From the IMG/VR virus record IMGVR_UViG_3300050014_000315, positions 1 through 63,743 of that record: DNA of 63,743 nt; one strand, written 5' to 3'. The DNA is from a virus. Taxonomy: Duplodnaviria; Caudoviricetes. A program made the translations under genes and the position numbers. The notes under the pieces were generated by a model. That model was not told where the DNA came from and searched no databases. It worked only from the letters and a program-made list of their open reading frames with translations. Positions 35,398 through 44,887 of this stretch are shown here, in pieces (within the stretch, counting starts at the first letter, position 1; each line of letters begins with the position of its first letter).

Positions 35398-37961
35398 TCG
35401 CTGTATTCCTCGTTACTAACTTGTTCAAATCGCTGATAGTTCGGGAAAAACCAAAAATCCTGGTAAACATTCCGCCGACCGTCTCGCTGTTTGGGGAGCA
35501 TAAATTTTACCGGCACCTGATTCGAGTCCTCGTTGCTGGCTCGGTGGATAAACCACACGCCATTCGCATGATTTTCGATGTCACCGCTGTTGTGCGCCAC
35601 AATTCCATTTGCGATAAAGTTACCGCATCCAGGCACGCTAAGGTCAAATACTTCCTCGGTCCCCGCCGGCTGAATTGACGCGATTGGCTCCCACAGCAGG
35701 TCACTCTCTGCCCACATCAACACTTCGCGATCATTATGTTTCATCGACCACTGCTTGGCGCTGCTCCGACGCATTGTCTTTCCTTGGTGCGTCCAACCTC
35801 CATACTTCTTTCCGCCACTCCGTTCCCAGCAGAGTTCGCTAATTTCCACCGGGAGATTGAATAAACCGCCGCCGGTCTCCTTTTTGGGCGGTCGATTTAG
35901 GATTTCCTGAAGCATTCTGCCCTTCTTGCCGCGCGCCGGGACTGCGGCAAATCTTCGAATGTTGCTGTCAACGATTGAGACCGTCAGTCGATAGATCGGC
36001 TTACTGGACTTTGTATTCCAGACTCCCCGGTTTAAGGTAGACACTACTCCAATCTTTAGGAGTAATAGTTGAACGTCCTCCAATAGGCCGCTGCTGGTTG
36101 AATCGAACTGTACCTCCGCTCGGGGGTGCTGCTTACTGAATTTTACGCATCCATCAGTTGCTAAGTACCCGGCGAGAAATTCATAAGCCGCAACGATTCC
36201 CGATTCGAATACAAAATCAGGTACCCTCTTGTTAGACTCCCGGCATCCGTAGATTCCCAGTCCCCTCAACCATTCACGCATCGGGTTTCCGTGCGGCTTT
36301 CCGTACCCGTTCTCAAACAGTTGCGTGTAGTACGTGGCAAAATAGCCTTCGGGATGCTCGCATGGCGTGTGCGTCAGCGTCGGCCAGTGCTGTTTTATGA
36401 TCGATCCGGCATCCTCAAAGACTTTCCGGTCAGCCGAAATAAAACTGATTGATGAATGGTTGAGATATGATCCATCCCCCACTAGATAGCCCAGCAACCT
36501 GCACAGGTCGGCATTTTCTTTGACTTCTGTACCAACATCAAAGATCCGTTTCGCCGTAGCAATACCGTCTCCCGATTTAAGCTCAGACAGCGGCTTCCAG
36601 CCATTCGGGGTGAGGAACGGATGGTTCCCAGTGGCGCGCACAGTTCGGCCTGTCCGCGTTCGCAGCGCGAACACTTCCCTGATTCCAGTGCTCCACACAC
36701 GTTCTGCCGTAAATACCCGCAGACGTTGCCGCTTATCACATCCCAAAATCCGGTACGGATTCCCACCAATCATATCCTTAACGCACAGCATTCGGCCACT
36801 GTCCGCGTCCACAACGCGCGTATCGCCGGTTACGCATTCTTTGAGATCCGATAACTCCGGTTCGCGCGTCTGTCCCGACTTATTTCCCTGTTGCCGGGCA
36901 AATTGCGAGAGCAGGAGCACGGGAATCTTAAATTCCGTCGCCAGCATCTTCAGCGCCCAGGCGTTTGCTCCTACCGCTTGCGCGCGGTTGTCGTATTTGC
37001 CTGAGTTGCCGAGAAGCTGCAAATAATCCACAATGACGTGATCGACCCGATGTTTCAGGCGTAGCCGGCGGAGCGCCGCATGGATTGCCATGGTGGTGGT
37101 GCTTTGAGTGTCCAGATATAGAGGCATGTCGTGGATCTCAGTGGCGGCTGAGTTCTCAGCTGATTTTTGCTCCGCATCTAGCGTCCCCCGGTTGGCGGAC
37201 TCGGAATCGATACGCCCAAACTGGTGGATTGCTTTTTTTAGCAGCGCTTCCGCGCCCACCTCCAGCGAGAAGATTGCCACGCCAAGGCCCCTACGGGCCG
37301 CTGTGACCGCGTGCTGTAGCATGGCTGATGTTTTCCCCGAACTGGTGTATCCCGCGAGCACCCAGAGTTCGGCAGGCAGCATACCGCCCGTTCTGTAGTT
37401 CATCCACGGCCACGGAAATAACAATCCCGACTCCCGGCGAGACCGGAGAATTGCCGAGAGTCCCACGGCATCGATAATTTCCGCCGCGCTCCGAAGGCCA
37501 CATCCAACCTGTTGCGGCGACAATTGCATGATGGTTTGTGCCGCGCCGTCGAGAATCTGCTGGGGCGTCTCGATACCTTCCATACATCGGTTCTGAAGGT
37601 GCTGGCAGGCAAAAAACACATTTCGCAAAAGCGCCTTGTCTTTGACGCCCTGCACGTAGGCATCCACATTCGGTAGGCGCGGGAGTCCGTCGTCCAGCGA
37701 AACCAAGTAGCTCAGGCCGTCGCAGGATGCCGCCTCTCCAAATTTCAGAAGCTCGGCATAAACCGTGGTGCGATCCACAGCCCGGCCAGAATCATAGAGC
37801 CCGCAGACGCGCTTCCAGATGCGCCGGTGCTTCTCCAGGCTGAAATCTTCAACCTCTAGCACGGGTCGCATGGCGTGAATCAATTCCTGGTCCAGCATGG
37901 CGGAGCCGAGCACCAGCCGCTCGAATTCCAGATTTTCGGGTAGTCCTTTTTCTCTCGCCAT
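35394..37961 (-). CDS. dnaB: Replicative DNA helicase DnaB containing an intein
   Basis: GYTSSGKTS, IFSLE, VIVDYLQL, LLSQF, PELSDLKE/SGDIE, KQRDG. Confidence 0.95.
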   Translation of the reverse strand: MAREKGLPENLEFERLVLGSAMLDQELIHAMRPVLEVEDFSLEKHRRIWKRVCGLYDSGRAVDRTTVYAELLKFGEAASCDGLSYLVSLDDGLPRLPNVDAYVQGVKDKALLRNVFFACQHLQNRCMEGIETPQQILDGAAQTIMQLSPQQVGCGLRSAAEIIDAVGLSAILRSRRESGLLFPWPWMNYRTGGMLPAELWVLAGYTSSGKTSAMLQHAVTAARRGLGVAIFSLEVGAEALLKKAIHQFGRIDSESANRGTLDAEQKSAENSAATEIHDMPLYLDTQSTTTMAIHAALRRLRLKHRVDHVIVDYLQLLGNSGKYDNRAQAVGANAWALKMLATEFKIPVLLLSQFARQQGNKSGQTREPELSDLKECVTGDTRVVDADSGRMLCVKDMIGGNPYRILGCDKRQRLRVFTAERVWSTGIREVFALRTRTGRTVRATGNHPFLTPNGWKPLSELKSGDGIATAKRIFDVGTEVKENADLCRLLGYLVGDGSYLNHSSISFISADRKVFEDAGSIIKQHWPTLTHTPCEHPEGYFATYYTQLFENGYGKPHGNPMREWLRGLGIYGCRESNKRVPDFVFESGIVAAYEFLAGYLATDGCVKFSKQHPRAEVQFDSTSSGLLEDVQLLLLKIGVVSTLNRGVWNTKSSKPIYRLTVSIVDSNIRRFAAVPARGKKGRMLQEILNRPPKKETGGGLFNLPVEISELCWERSGGKKYGGWTHQGKTMRRSSAKQWSMKHNDREVLMWAESDLLWEPIASIQPAGTEEVFDLSVPGCGNFIANGIVAHNSGDIENHANGVWFIHRASNEDSNQVPVKFMLPKQRDGRRNVYQDFWFFPNYQRFEQVSNEEYSE
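35589..36836 (-). mobile_element. Intein (416 aa) with LAGLIDADG homing endonuclease
   Basis: CVTGDT N-terminus, ATGNHPF block B, LLGYLVGDG and FLAGYLATDG, VFDLSV...VAHN/S C-terminus. Confidence 0.95.
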
Positions 37962-37962
37962 A

Positions 37963-38937
37963 TCAGCCCTTCGTGTAGATCGACTTCGGTTGGGTTACCG
38001 TTTGCTGAGCTTCGTCCAGCCACCGCTCTTGGTGAATCCAAGTAGCGCCCATTGCCAACAGCATCTCGGGGTCGGCGGCCGCCTTGGCGGCATAATTCTT
38101 AGCGCCTTTCCAGAGCATCACGGCCTTGTCATGGTCGGCCACGGAGCGTTCATAGGCATTCATCGTGGGATTCATCGCGTCATGCCGGGGGTAGATTTTC
38201 CAGAACTCTTCCCACCAGGGAAGGCGGCTGTTGAGGGCGCGCTTGATTTCCTCCGTGGTGCGATTTGCTCTACGAGAACGTGGCTGCTTGCCGTCGGCTG
38301 TTGTGGGTTCTTTTTCCTCGGCAAATACATCGTGTCGAACCACGCCTTGTGATTCGGCGGTAAATGGAACATGATTTTCCTCTGTGTCAGCGCCGTTAGG
38401 CGCGGGGGGTTTAGGGGGTTCTTGTAGTGAATCCGAAACCGAAACCGAAACCGAAGCCGTAACGGTCGGCTTTTGCTCTTCTTTTGCTGGACGGTTTGTA
38501 CCATCAAAATTACCAGCAAAACTACCATCAGCCGCTCTTTTGCTCGTCTCCATTCGGCTTTTTGCTGCCGCTTTTCTGACGGTACTGATGTGGGTATCTC
38601 GTGCCATTCGACGGCAGTAATAGCAGCGCCGGTCATCTATGGAGTAAGTACCGATACGCGCCATCTCCGAGAGGCACTTTTCAACCTCACGCGACGCCTT
38701 GCCAACCTTGGCGGCAATGTCTGCTACGCCCATTGGCTCTCCAGTGGGAAGCTCTGCAAATCCTCGGTGGGCTTCGTTTTCGCTCATCCAGCAGAGCATT
38801 CGACTCCACAATCCCTGAGAGGAAAGGGAGAGGATCTGCATGTCCCGCTCGTAGTCAGCGGTGTAGAACCAAAAGCCTGGTGATTTCTTGTCTGACTTCG
38901 GCTCCTGGACTTCGGGCGTGTCGGTTGTGGTTTTCAC
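37963..38937 (-). CDS. Phage replication initiator / replisome organiser
   Basis: PGFWFYTADY...GLWSRMLCWM N-domain; FWKIYPR...ATWIHQERWLDE C-domain; directly upstream of dnaB. Confidence 0.8.
   Translation of the reverse strand: MKTTTDTPEVQEPKSDKKSPGFWFYTADYERDMQILSLSSQGLWSRMLCWMSENEAHRGFAELPTGEPMGVADIAAKVGKASREVEKCLSEMARIGTYSIDDRRCYYCRRMARDTHISTVRKAAAKSRMETSKRAADGSFAGNFDGTNRPAKEEQKPTVTASVSVSVSDSLQEPPKPPAPNGADTEENHVPFTAESQGVVRHDVFAEEKEPTTADGKQPRSRRANRTTEEIKRALNSRLPWWEEFWKIYPRHDAMNPTMNAYERSVADHDKAVMLWKGAKNYAAKAAADPEMLLAMGATWIHQERWLDEAQQTVTQPKSIYTKG
38471..38566. repeat. Iteron-like repeats inside initiator gene (candidate origin)
   Basis: TTTTGCT x4 plus one inverted copy; 12-bp units TACCATCAAAAT/TACCAGCAAAAC/TACCATCAGCCG. 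Confidence 0.4.
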
Positions 38938-40857
38938 TTGCTCCCCCTCATTTCCGACTCGGACAAATTGAACGGAGCTTCCGGCTCATCCGCCTCATCC
39001 GTGGCCTCGGCACTCTCAATCCGCTGCTGAGTGGCGTGTTTCCGATTACCCTGGCAGTATGGGCAACTTCCATGGTTCCTGCAACTGGCGTTCACGGGTC
39101 GGATGCCACGATACTGCCGGCGGCGATCACGGGAGCGGCTCATGCCTGCCTTCCCATGAGAACCAGCGCGCGGCGGTCCAGTTCATCATCTGAAACCTCG
39201 GGACTCAGCTGCCTTTTCGCGCGCTTGGCTTCGGCGTTTTTCCGCAATATCTCGCCGCGGCGGGTGACATCGGCCATGTAATAGCGGGCGCGTGCTTCAC
39301 GGGCCTTGCAGACGCGGCACTCCCCGCATCGGCAGGTAGGTGCTGGCCCAGGCTTCAGCTTCACGGGAATAAGGGCAGGGATGCTCATGCGGTAGCTCCT
39401 AGGCTATCCATCCGCTTCTTGCACTTTTCCAGACGGCATAGTCCAGTTTTCAGCGCCGCTTCAAGCACAAACACACAATCTCGTGCGCGCTGCGTAGCGA
39501 ATTCCCATGCTTCGGACTCAGTCTCAAAAGTGCGCGTTGGCTTCCATCCATATCGTAGATGCTGGCGCTCTTCCTTCTCGACTGTCTTCTTCTGCCTCTG
39601 CTTCACGGAATCGGTGTATTCGGCAACAGTCCAGATAAACTCCGTTGCCTGGGTATCTTTGGCGGTAGCGCGCCGGGTGATGGAGAGTTCATCGGACATC
39701 CGATTCCTCCACGTATCCGATGATGTTGGCAATCGCCCTCAACTCTGAGGCGCCGCCCCCTCCGTACTGAATCATGCGGTAGATTCGGTAACGGTTTTTA
39801 TCCGCCCACAGCGAATCCATGTAATCCGCCTCGGTCACAACCCGGTACTTGTTTTTCGCGTACTTTTTCTCACTCCACGGGACTCCCGTCACCCAACTAC
39901 GCGATGTCTCGCGAATCAGTTCTAATTTCTTTACGGAGCGACAACCCTCAATAGCAACCAGATAGATTGTCGTCGTTCCGGGTACGCCTTTAGTTTTATC
40001 GACCATTGGATTTCGCCTGCTCCTTCTGCTTCGCATGCAGCGCCTTGTACATCGCCAGCCTATTCACCCTCTCGCACTTGGTACACCTGAGCGCGTCGGC
40101 CCTCTTACCTGTTGGCTGCTGCTCGCACACGATGCACATGGTTGGTTTGCGTAGCGCCGCCCTGCGCGCGTTCTGCGTCTCGTTGTGGACCTTCCGCCGC
40201 ATCTCCGGGTCCACCGGCTCTCGGTATCGCGGTAACTTGCTCTTCGGCGCGGGCTTTATCGTAACCATCTGTTCCAGCGGGCCGGCGCGGACGCTCTTGG
40301 TCGGCGGTGTCCAAGGCTTCACAAAGATGCGAGACTGCACCCAGGAGTGGTTACGATCCTCTGCGCACACGGCGGCCAGCATGACAGCAGCGCATTCCGG
40401 GGAGCATGTATCGCACAGATCGCAAGTCATAAAAATAGCCCAGGGTACAAGTCACCCACCTTATCCGACGCTGCCAGATAGCGGTAGCGCCGTTCAAATT
40501 GATCCTGCCTCACGTTGCTCTTATTGCCGTTGAGCGTCGCGCGGACCAGCACCTCTCCAGATGCGGTGTCCACTACCATCACTCGGCGACCATCCTGCTT
40601 GCACTCCCATACGCTTCCAATTTTGATGTCTGTCATTTCGCCCCGCTTTTGCAGCCATGCCCCGGCGCGCACCAATGGCGGTGTCCGTCGTAATAGACCT
40701 GCACCTGAACGTACTTTGCCCATCGCCAGCGAAGACAGCAGTTCGTGAAAAATAGCGCACGGCCTGGATACTTGAATACCTCGGGCGGATCTACATTGGA
40801 ATCGACAAACCGAATAGCAGGCTGGCAGTCGGCTGCGAATATATGGACCGTGCTCAT
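38934..40857 (-). other. Run of small coupled hypothetical genes (38934-39143, 39140-39388, 39385-~39700, 39689-~40006, 39996-40430, 40427-40636, 40633-40857)
   Basis: Overlapping start/stop codons; several Cys-rich. Confidence 0.6.
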
Positions 40858-41333
40858 GGCCGCGCCGCCGCGTGAGCATCTGCCCATGTAATCGCTACCG
40901 CAAGGGCACTCCATATGTCGGCAGACACACCAAATAACGGTCCTGGAGACTTCTTGGTGCCCACCGGGCCTAGCCGATCAATCAACGCCTGCCGAATGTT
41001 CGCGTCCTTCGCCCGGCTGGAGTGGCAGAGGTGATTCTTGATCTGGATTCGCGGAATTCGGTCGCATTTATCGGGTCCGAACGCCTCCATGAAGCGGCCA
41101 ATCCAAACGCACGTCTCGAAGACTTCCGCGCCAACCGCCATACCGTATGATGCGATCATCTCGATACAGCATCGGTTATAATGATCTAACTTGAAGTTCC
41201 CGATTATGCCCAGCATGTCGGCGTTAGTTTCCTTTCCCTTCCATTCTATTCGCGCGCCATCCCAAACCACATATGCGCTCTCGGTGGGTCCAGGGTCAAT
41301 CGCGAGAATTTTGATAGGGATGTCATTAGTCAC
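40854..41333 (-). CDS. RuvC-like Holliday junction resolvase
   Basis: ILAIDPG, CIEMIASYG, DIWSALAVA. Confidence 0.8.
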   Translation of the reverse strand: MTNDIPIKILAIDPGPTESAYVVWDGARIEWKGKETNADMLGIIGNFKLDHYNRCCIEMIASYGMAVGAEVFETCVWIGRFMEAFGPDKCDRIPRIQIKNHLCHSSRAKDANIRQALIDRLGPVGTKKSPGPLFGVSADIWSALAVAITWADAHAAARP

Positions 41334-41542
41334 GTCTGTCCTCGCGGATTACCACCGTCTGGAAGTTCGCGCCAGGGTACTCGCCCCATACCTGGCGGCG
41401 GTCGTAGATCTTTTTCGTAACTCTCACTCCATCAATCAGATATATGATTCTCATTTTCGTTTTACCCGCCGATGGGGTCTGATGTCATCGGCGGGCCTCC
41501 ATTTATTGCATCACCGGTAGTGTGCCGGTCCACAAAGCTATG

Positions 41543-41854
41543 TCACTTCGCCAGCCGCGTAATCATCTTGTTGACGGACACGCGCCGATCCGCCTGGGCA
41601 GTCCCGAAGGCGTAGGCCGCCATCTGCTCGTGGCGCATCTCGTCGCCGCATCCCCAGACGGCTATGCCGCGCGTTTCCTCGCCTTCGGCAACGTAGGGAA
41701 ATGAGAGCGCCAGGTACACTTCAGATATCCGGTGCTTATCTCGCGCGGCGGCCACGTCGTCTAGAAATGCTTCCATGGCCGCGTTGCCGTCATTCGCGCT
41801 TGCGAACGGCTCTCGGATTTTTCGCATCAACGCCGCGTCGTTATGGTCACTCAT
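41543..41854 (-). CDS. Hypothetical protein
   Basis: ATGA-coupled; 103 aa. Confidence 0.55.
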   Translation of the reverse strand: MSDHNDAALMRKIREPFASANDGNAAMEAFLDDVAAARDKHRISEVYLALSFPYVAEGEETRGIAVWGCGDEMRHEQMAAYAFGTAQADRRVSVNKMITRLAK

Positions 41855-42291
41855 GCGTTTTCCTGGAGGTCCAGCAACTCCTGTCTATCCGCGTCCGTCA
41901 TCGCTGTGACTTTGACCTCTTCTCCAGAGTCAAGACGAACGATGCGCTTGCAACCGACTTCTGGCGTATCGAGTTCCACGCGACATTCCACGTTCCGGTA
42001 TTCGTAGCCCATGCCGATCTGCTCGGAAAGACGCTGGATCTTCGTGTTTTCGGCTTCTATCTGGCCATTTAAGTCGGAGTCGATTTCCTTTTTCTGCTGC
42101 TCAATCGCTGTGCGCCGTCGGTTGGATGTGGCGAGTTCTCTGGCGCGGTCGCTGATTTCCGCATCCGAAAAATCACACTTCAGATATTCCGTATATTCCA
42201 ATTCACTACCTCCCACGTCGCCGCTGGCTTCGGAACTCCAGATCCTCCCAGATTCTCGGGCTCCGCTCCAGTGGCTACGTGTGGATGGCAA
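41851..42291 (-). CDS. Conserved phage hypothetical protein (true start probably near 42200)
   Basis: EYLKCDFSDAE...GYEYRNVEC...RLDSGE..MTDADRQ. Confidence 0.65.
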   Translation of the reverse strand: MPSTRSHWSGARESGRIWSSEASGDVGGSELEYTEYLKCDFSDAEISDRARELATSNRRRTAIEQQKKEIDSDLNGQIEAENTKIQRLSEQIGMGYEYRNVECRVELDTPEVGCKRIVRLDSGEEVKVTAMTDADRQELLDLQENA

Positions 42292-42356
42292 CTTTTCAGT
42301 TGCCCTGTGAATTTTGGTCTAGCCGTAGCCATCGCCGTAGCCGCTGCCGTAGCCGA

Positions 42357-42653
42357 TTATTGCTGCCATACCTTCACCGCTTTAATGGACGCCTGAGCTG
42401 CTGGAGTCACGCCCAGAATTTCGATTGCCTCGGTAAGTGTCACCAGCGGCACGGCGACGGGGAATTTGCACGCGGTCGAATTGCTGGTACCACTCACAGC
42501 CAATTGCGAGAGCGACGCCGCTCCAGCCCAATACCACAATCGACGCGCAAGGGAGAGAGTTACCTCTTTCCCCTTCCTGCTCTCTAGCGTTCCGGCGAAG
42601 ACACCGGCGCTGTACGTTCTCACGATCACGTATGGTTTCTTTTTTGTTGCCAT
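42357..42653 (-). CDS. Conserved phage protein (DUF6948-like)
   Basis: YVIVRTYSAGVFAG...ARRLWYWAGAASLSQLA. Confidence 0.75.
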   Translation of the reverse strand: MATKKKPYVIVRTYSAGVFAGTLESRKGKEVTLSLARRLWYWAGAASLSQLAVSGTSNSTACKFPVAVPLVTLTEAIEILGVTPAAQASIKAVKVWQQ

Positions 42654-42750
42654 CTTTCCTCCCATCGGAAGGCTCGCACTATCGCGCGAACCCACTGATG
42701 TGGAGGTCGGCGGTAAGCGCCGACCTGTGCTCTAGTTACTCGCGCATCCG

Positions 42751-43158
42751 CTATCCTTTCGCCGGCTGGTCCAGCAGCTGCGGTACTGAAAAGCCGGATT
42801 CTATGATCCGGTCAACGTCCTCATCGGACACGCCCGTGCCGTCGCTCTCCTTCCACGCGCGCTGGAACATGCGAATTATCGAGTCCCGGTCTGACCCGAA
42901 GCGAGTGAAGAACTTATCTGGCCCGAGGCGGTGTATACTGCCCGCCCCATCCCGGTGATGTTCCATACCGCACAGGGGTATTGCTTCGATATCCGGGTAC
43001 TTCTGCCCCAGTCCGCGACGCGATGTGCTGAGGCCGACGTGGGCGGCCTCTACCGGGCTGCTGGAGGCTCCACTATGGGATTGTTCACAAGCCCAGCAGG
43101 GAAGGCCGCGGAGCCATGATAGATAGGCGTAGTTTCGAGTTGGCTTCCGGTGCTTCAT
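42751..43158 (-). CDS. DUF968/NinG-like HNH-related nuclease
   Basis: YLSWLRGLPCWAC, EAAHV, GQKYPD..IPLC..HH. Confidence 0.75.
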   Translation of the reverse strand: MKHRKPTRNYAYLSWLRGLPCWACEQSHSGASSSPVEAAHVGLSTSRRGLGQKYPDIEAIPLCGMEHHRDGAGSIHRLGPDKFFTRFGSDRDSIIRMFQRAWKESDGTGVSDEDVDRIIESGFSVPQLLDQPAKG

Positions 43159-43571
43159 AGGTCTACCTCGTATCTAGGAACTTCTCCTGGGCTCGGAAGA
43201 TAGCACCCCAACTCCGCGCCCAGACGCATGAGGTTATCCACAAACTCGCCCATCTCCTTGGTATCCAGAGACGACGTGCTGCGTACGGTTGGAAGCGAAG
43301 AATCTCCGTGGATCTTCAGAAACTTAAACTTAACCGCGTCCTTCATTTCGTCGTCGTCATATCCGCAATGTTCCGCCAGAATGTGGATGCAAAAATGGAG
43401 GTACGAATTCTGCGACAGCGTGCGCTTCTTACGTCTGGAACGCGGCAATGGTACCTCGATCTCCCTGCCCTCAAGCCGGCACAGAGCGGAGAACCACTTA
43501 TCCCCTTCACCGGGCGCCCAGTCGATCTTGCCTTTGCTCGCCGTACCATGGAGAATGGGTGAGGCCGCCAT
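43155..43571 (-). CDS. NinB/Orf-like recombination protein
   Basis: RTLSQNSYLH...RSTSSLDTKEMGEFVD. Confidence 0.7.
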   Translation of the reverse strand: MAASPILHGTASKGKIDWAPGEGDKWFSALCRLEGREIEVPLPRSRRKKRTLSQNSYLHFCIHILAEHCGYDDDEMKDAVKFKFLKIHGDSSLPTVRSTSSLDTKEMGEFVDNLMRLGAELGCYLPSPGEVPRYEVDL

Positions 43572-44165
43572 TTACTTCACCACCAAACTGATTCCGCGCT
43601 CCCCGATATGTGCTCCGGGGACTCCGCCGAGCTGCTCAATCCCCGCCCGAACCGCCGCGTTGCTGACCGCCACCGTGCATTTGGTGTCGGCGGGGAAAAG
43701 CGGCTCCATTGTTGCCCAGTCGCTATATGGGACCGTAACCGTCGCCGTCCGATACTCTTCGGGGATCTCTGCCTCGTCGGTGATTACAAGTGGCGCTATG
43801 CCACCATTCCCTCGGAGGCTGATGGTGTGTGTCTGCCCTACCAGCTTTCTCGGGCCTTTGCGCGGCTCGGGCTGGCGTTCCAGTCCCTCTATGAGGTAAC
43901 CATCCAACCGAGCCAGGTCGGCCTGCTCTGTGGCGATTGCGGCGCTGATACGATTACGCTCCGCCTTGAGGGTGTCGATGCGGCGATCCTTCCAAATCCG
44001 AACCGCCGCGCATCCGTCGATCTTCGCCGGCAGAGTCTGCAAATACTCGCGTATCTGCCCATCGATGGCTTCCGTGGTCTCGCCTGCTTCCACCATCTCC
44101 GAGCGGAGTTCCATTAGGTCGGTGAGACCCCGATCCAGCGAGAATAACGTCACGTCGGAGGTCAT
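43572..44165 (-). CDS. Siphovirus Gp157-like protein
   Basis: KIDG, LKAERNRI, DEAEIPEEY, VPGAHI. Confidence 0.75.
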   Translation of the reverse strand: MTSDVTLFSLDRGLTDLMELRSEMVEAGETTEAIDGQIREYLQTLPAKIDGCAAVRIWKDRRIDTLKAERNRISAAIATEQADLARLDGYLIEGLERQPEPRKGPRKLVGQTHTISLRGNGGIAPLVITDEAEIPEEYRTATVTVPYSDWATMEPLFPADTKCTVAVSNAAVRAGIEQLGGVPGAHIGERGISLVVK

Positions 44166-44839
44166 ACGCTCCCCTTTTTCAGATCGGCCAGCGCCATCCT
44201 AAGATCGTCGAACAGCAGTTTTGCCTTCTCGACGACGACCGGGATTTGATCGATCTCCTGGTACCCATGGAGCCCCATCACGCGCTGGAATTCCTCGGGA
44301 TGCTTGGCTGCGATGAACTTCTGAAGCCATCCTTGCGCCGCCGTGGTGATGCTCGCTTTCAGGTCTCCGGTGGACTCCTGTGGAGCGGCAGTTCGAACCT
44401 GTACTTTGGGCTTCGGCTGAGCCCTGGAATCCTCTGCACGTGGCTGTGCGCCTTCCCCATCCGTGTCTTCTGGTGCTACTCCGCCAACTGCGGCTAGAGA
44501 ATAGCGCCGAGCGTAAGTGATGCCGATTCCAATTGCTTGCGGGGAATCATCCTTTACCGTCAGGGACAGATCTGACGAAATCCACTGGCCGGATGAATGG
44601 GCCAGCAACGTCGTCACTGTGACCCTGGCTCCCTCTGCCGATGGCATCTGGATTACCGACAGACCGTTGGCCCCGAGCGGTTCACGAATTGCCGCCCAGA
44701 TGGACGACAGATCCGCGTACTTGTTGTGGAAGGATGGATTTACGCTATCCTTGGAAGCTCCTTCCATGGCGCGCTGCGCGGCGGAAAGTGCCGTAGCTAG
44801 TTGGTCGATGCTGTCAGATTGACGATAGTTAGATGGCAT
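44162..44839 (-). CDS. erf: ERF-family single-strand annealing protein
   Basis: KDSVNPSFHNKYADL, LAHSSGQWI, GITYARRYSL, DTDG. Confidence 0.9.
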   Translation of the reverse strand: MPSNYRQSDSIDQLATALSAAQRAMEGASKDSVNPSFHNKYADLSSIWAAIREPLGANGLSVIQMPSAEGARVTVTTLLAHSSGQWISSDLSLTVKDDSPQAIGIGITYARRYSLAAVGGVAPEDTDGEGAQPRAEDSRAQPKPKVQVRTAAPQESTGDLKASITTAAQGWLQKFIAAKHPEEFQRVMGLHGYQEIDQIPVVVEKAKLLFDDLRMALADLKKGSV

Positions 44840-44887
44840 AAATTACCTCGGTCAGCGTGTCAGTGGGAATTGTCGCCAGTTCGCCGC

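Noticed and set aside
42320-42356. GYGSGYGDGYG repeat as a gene
   Set aside because: Short remnant with no start codon
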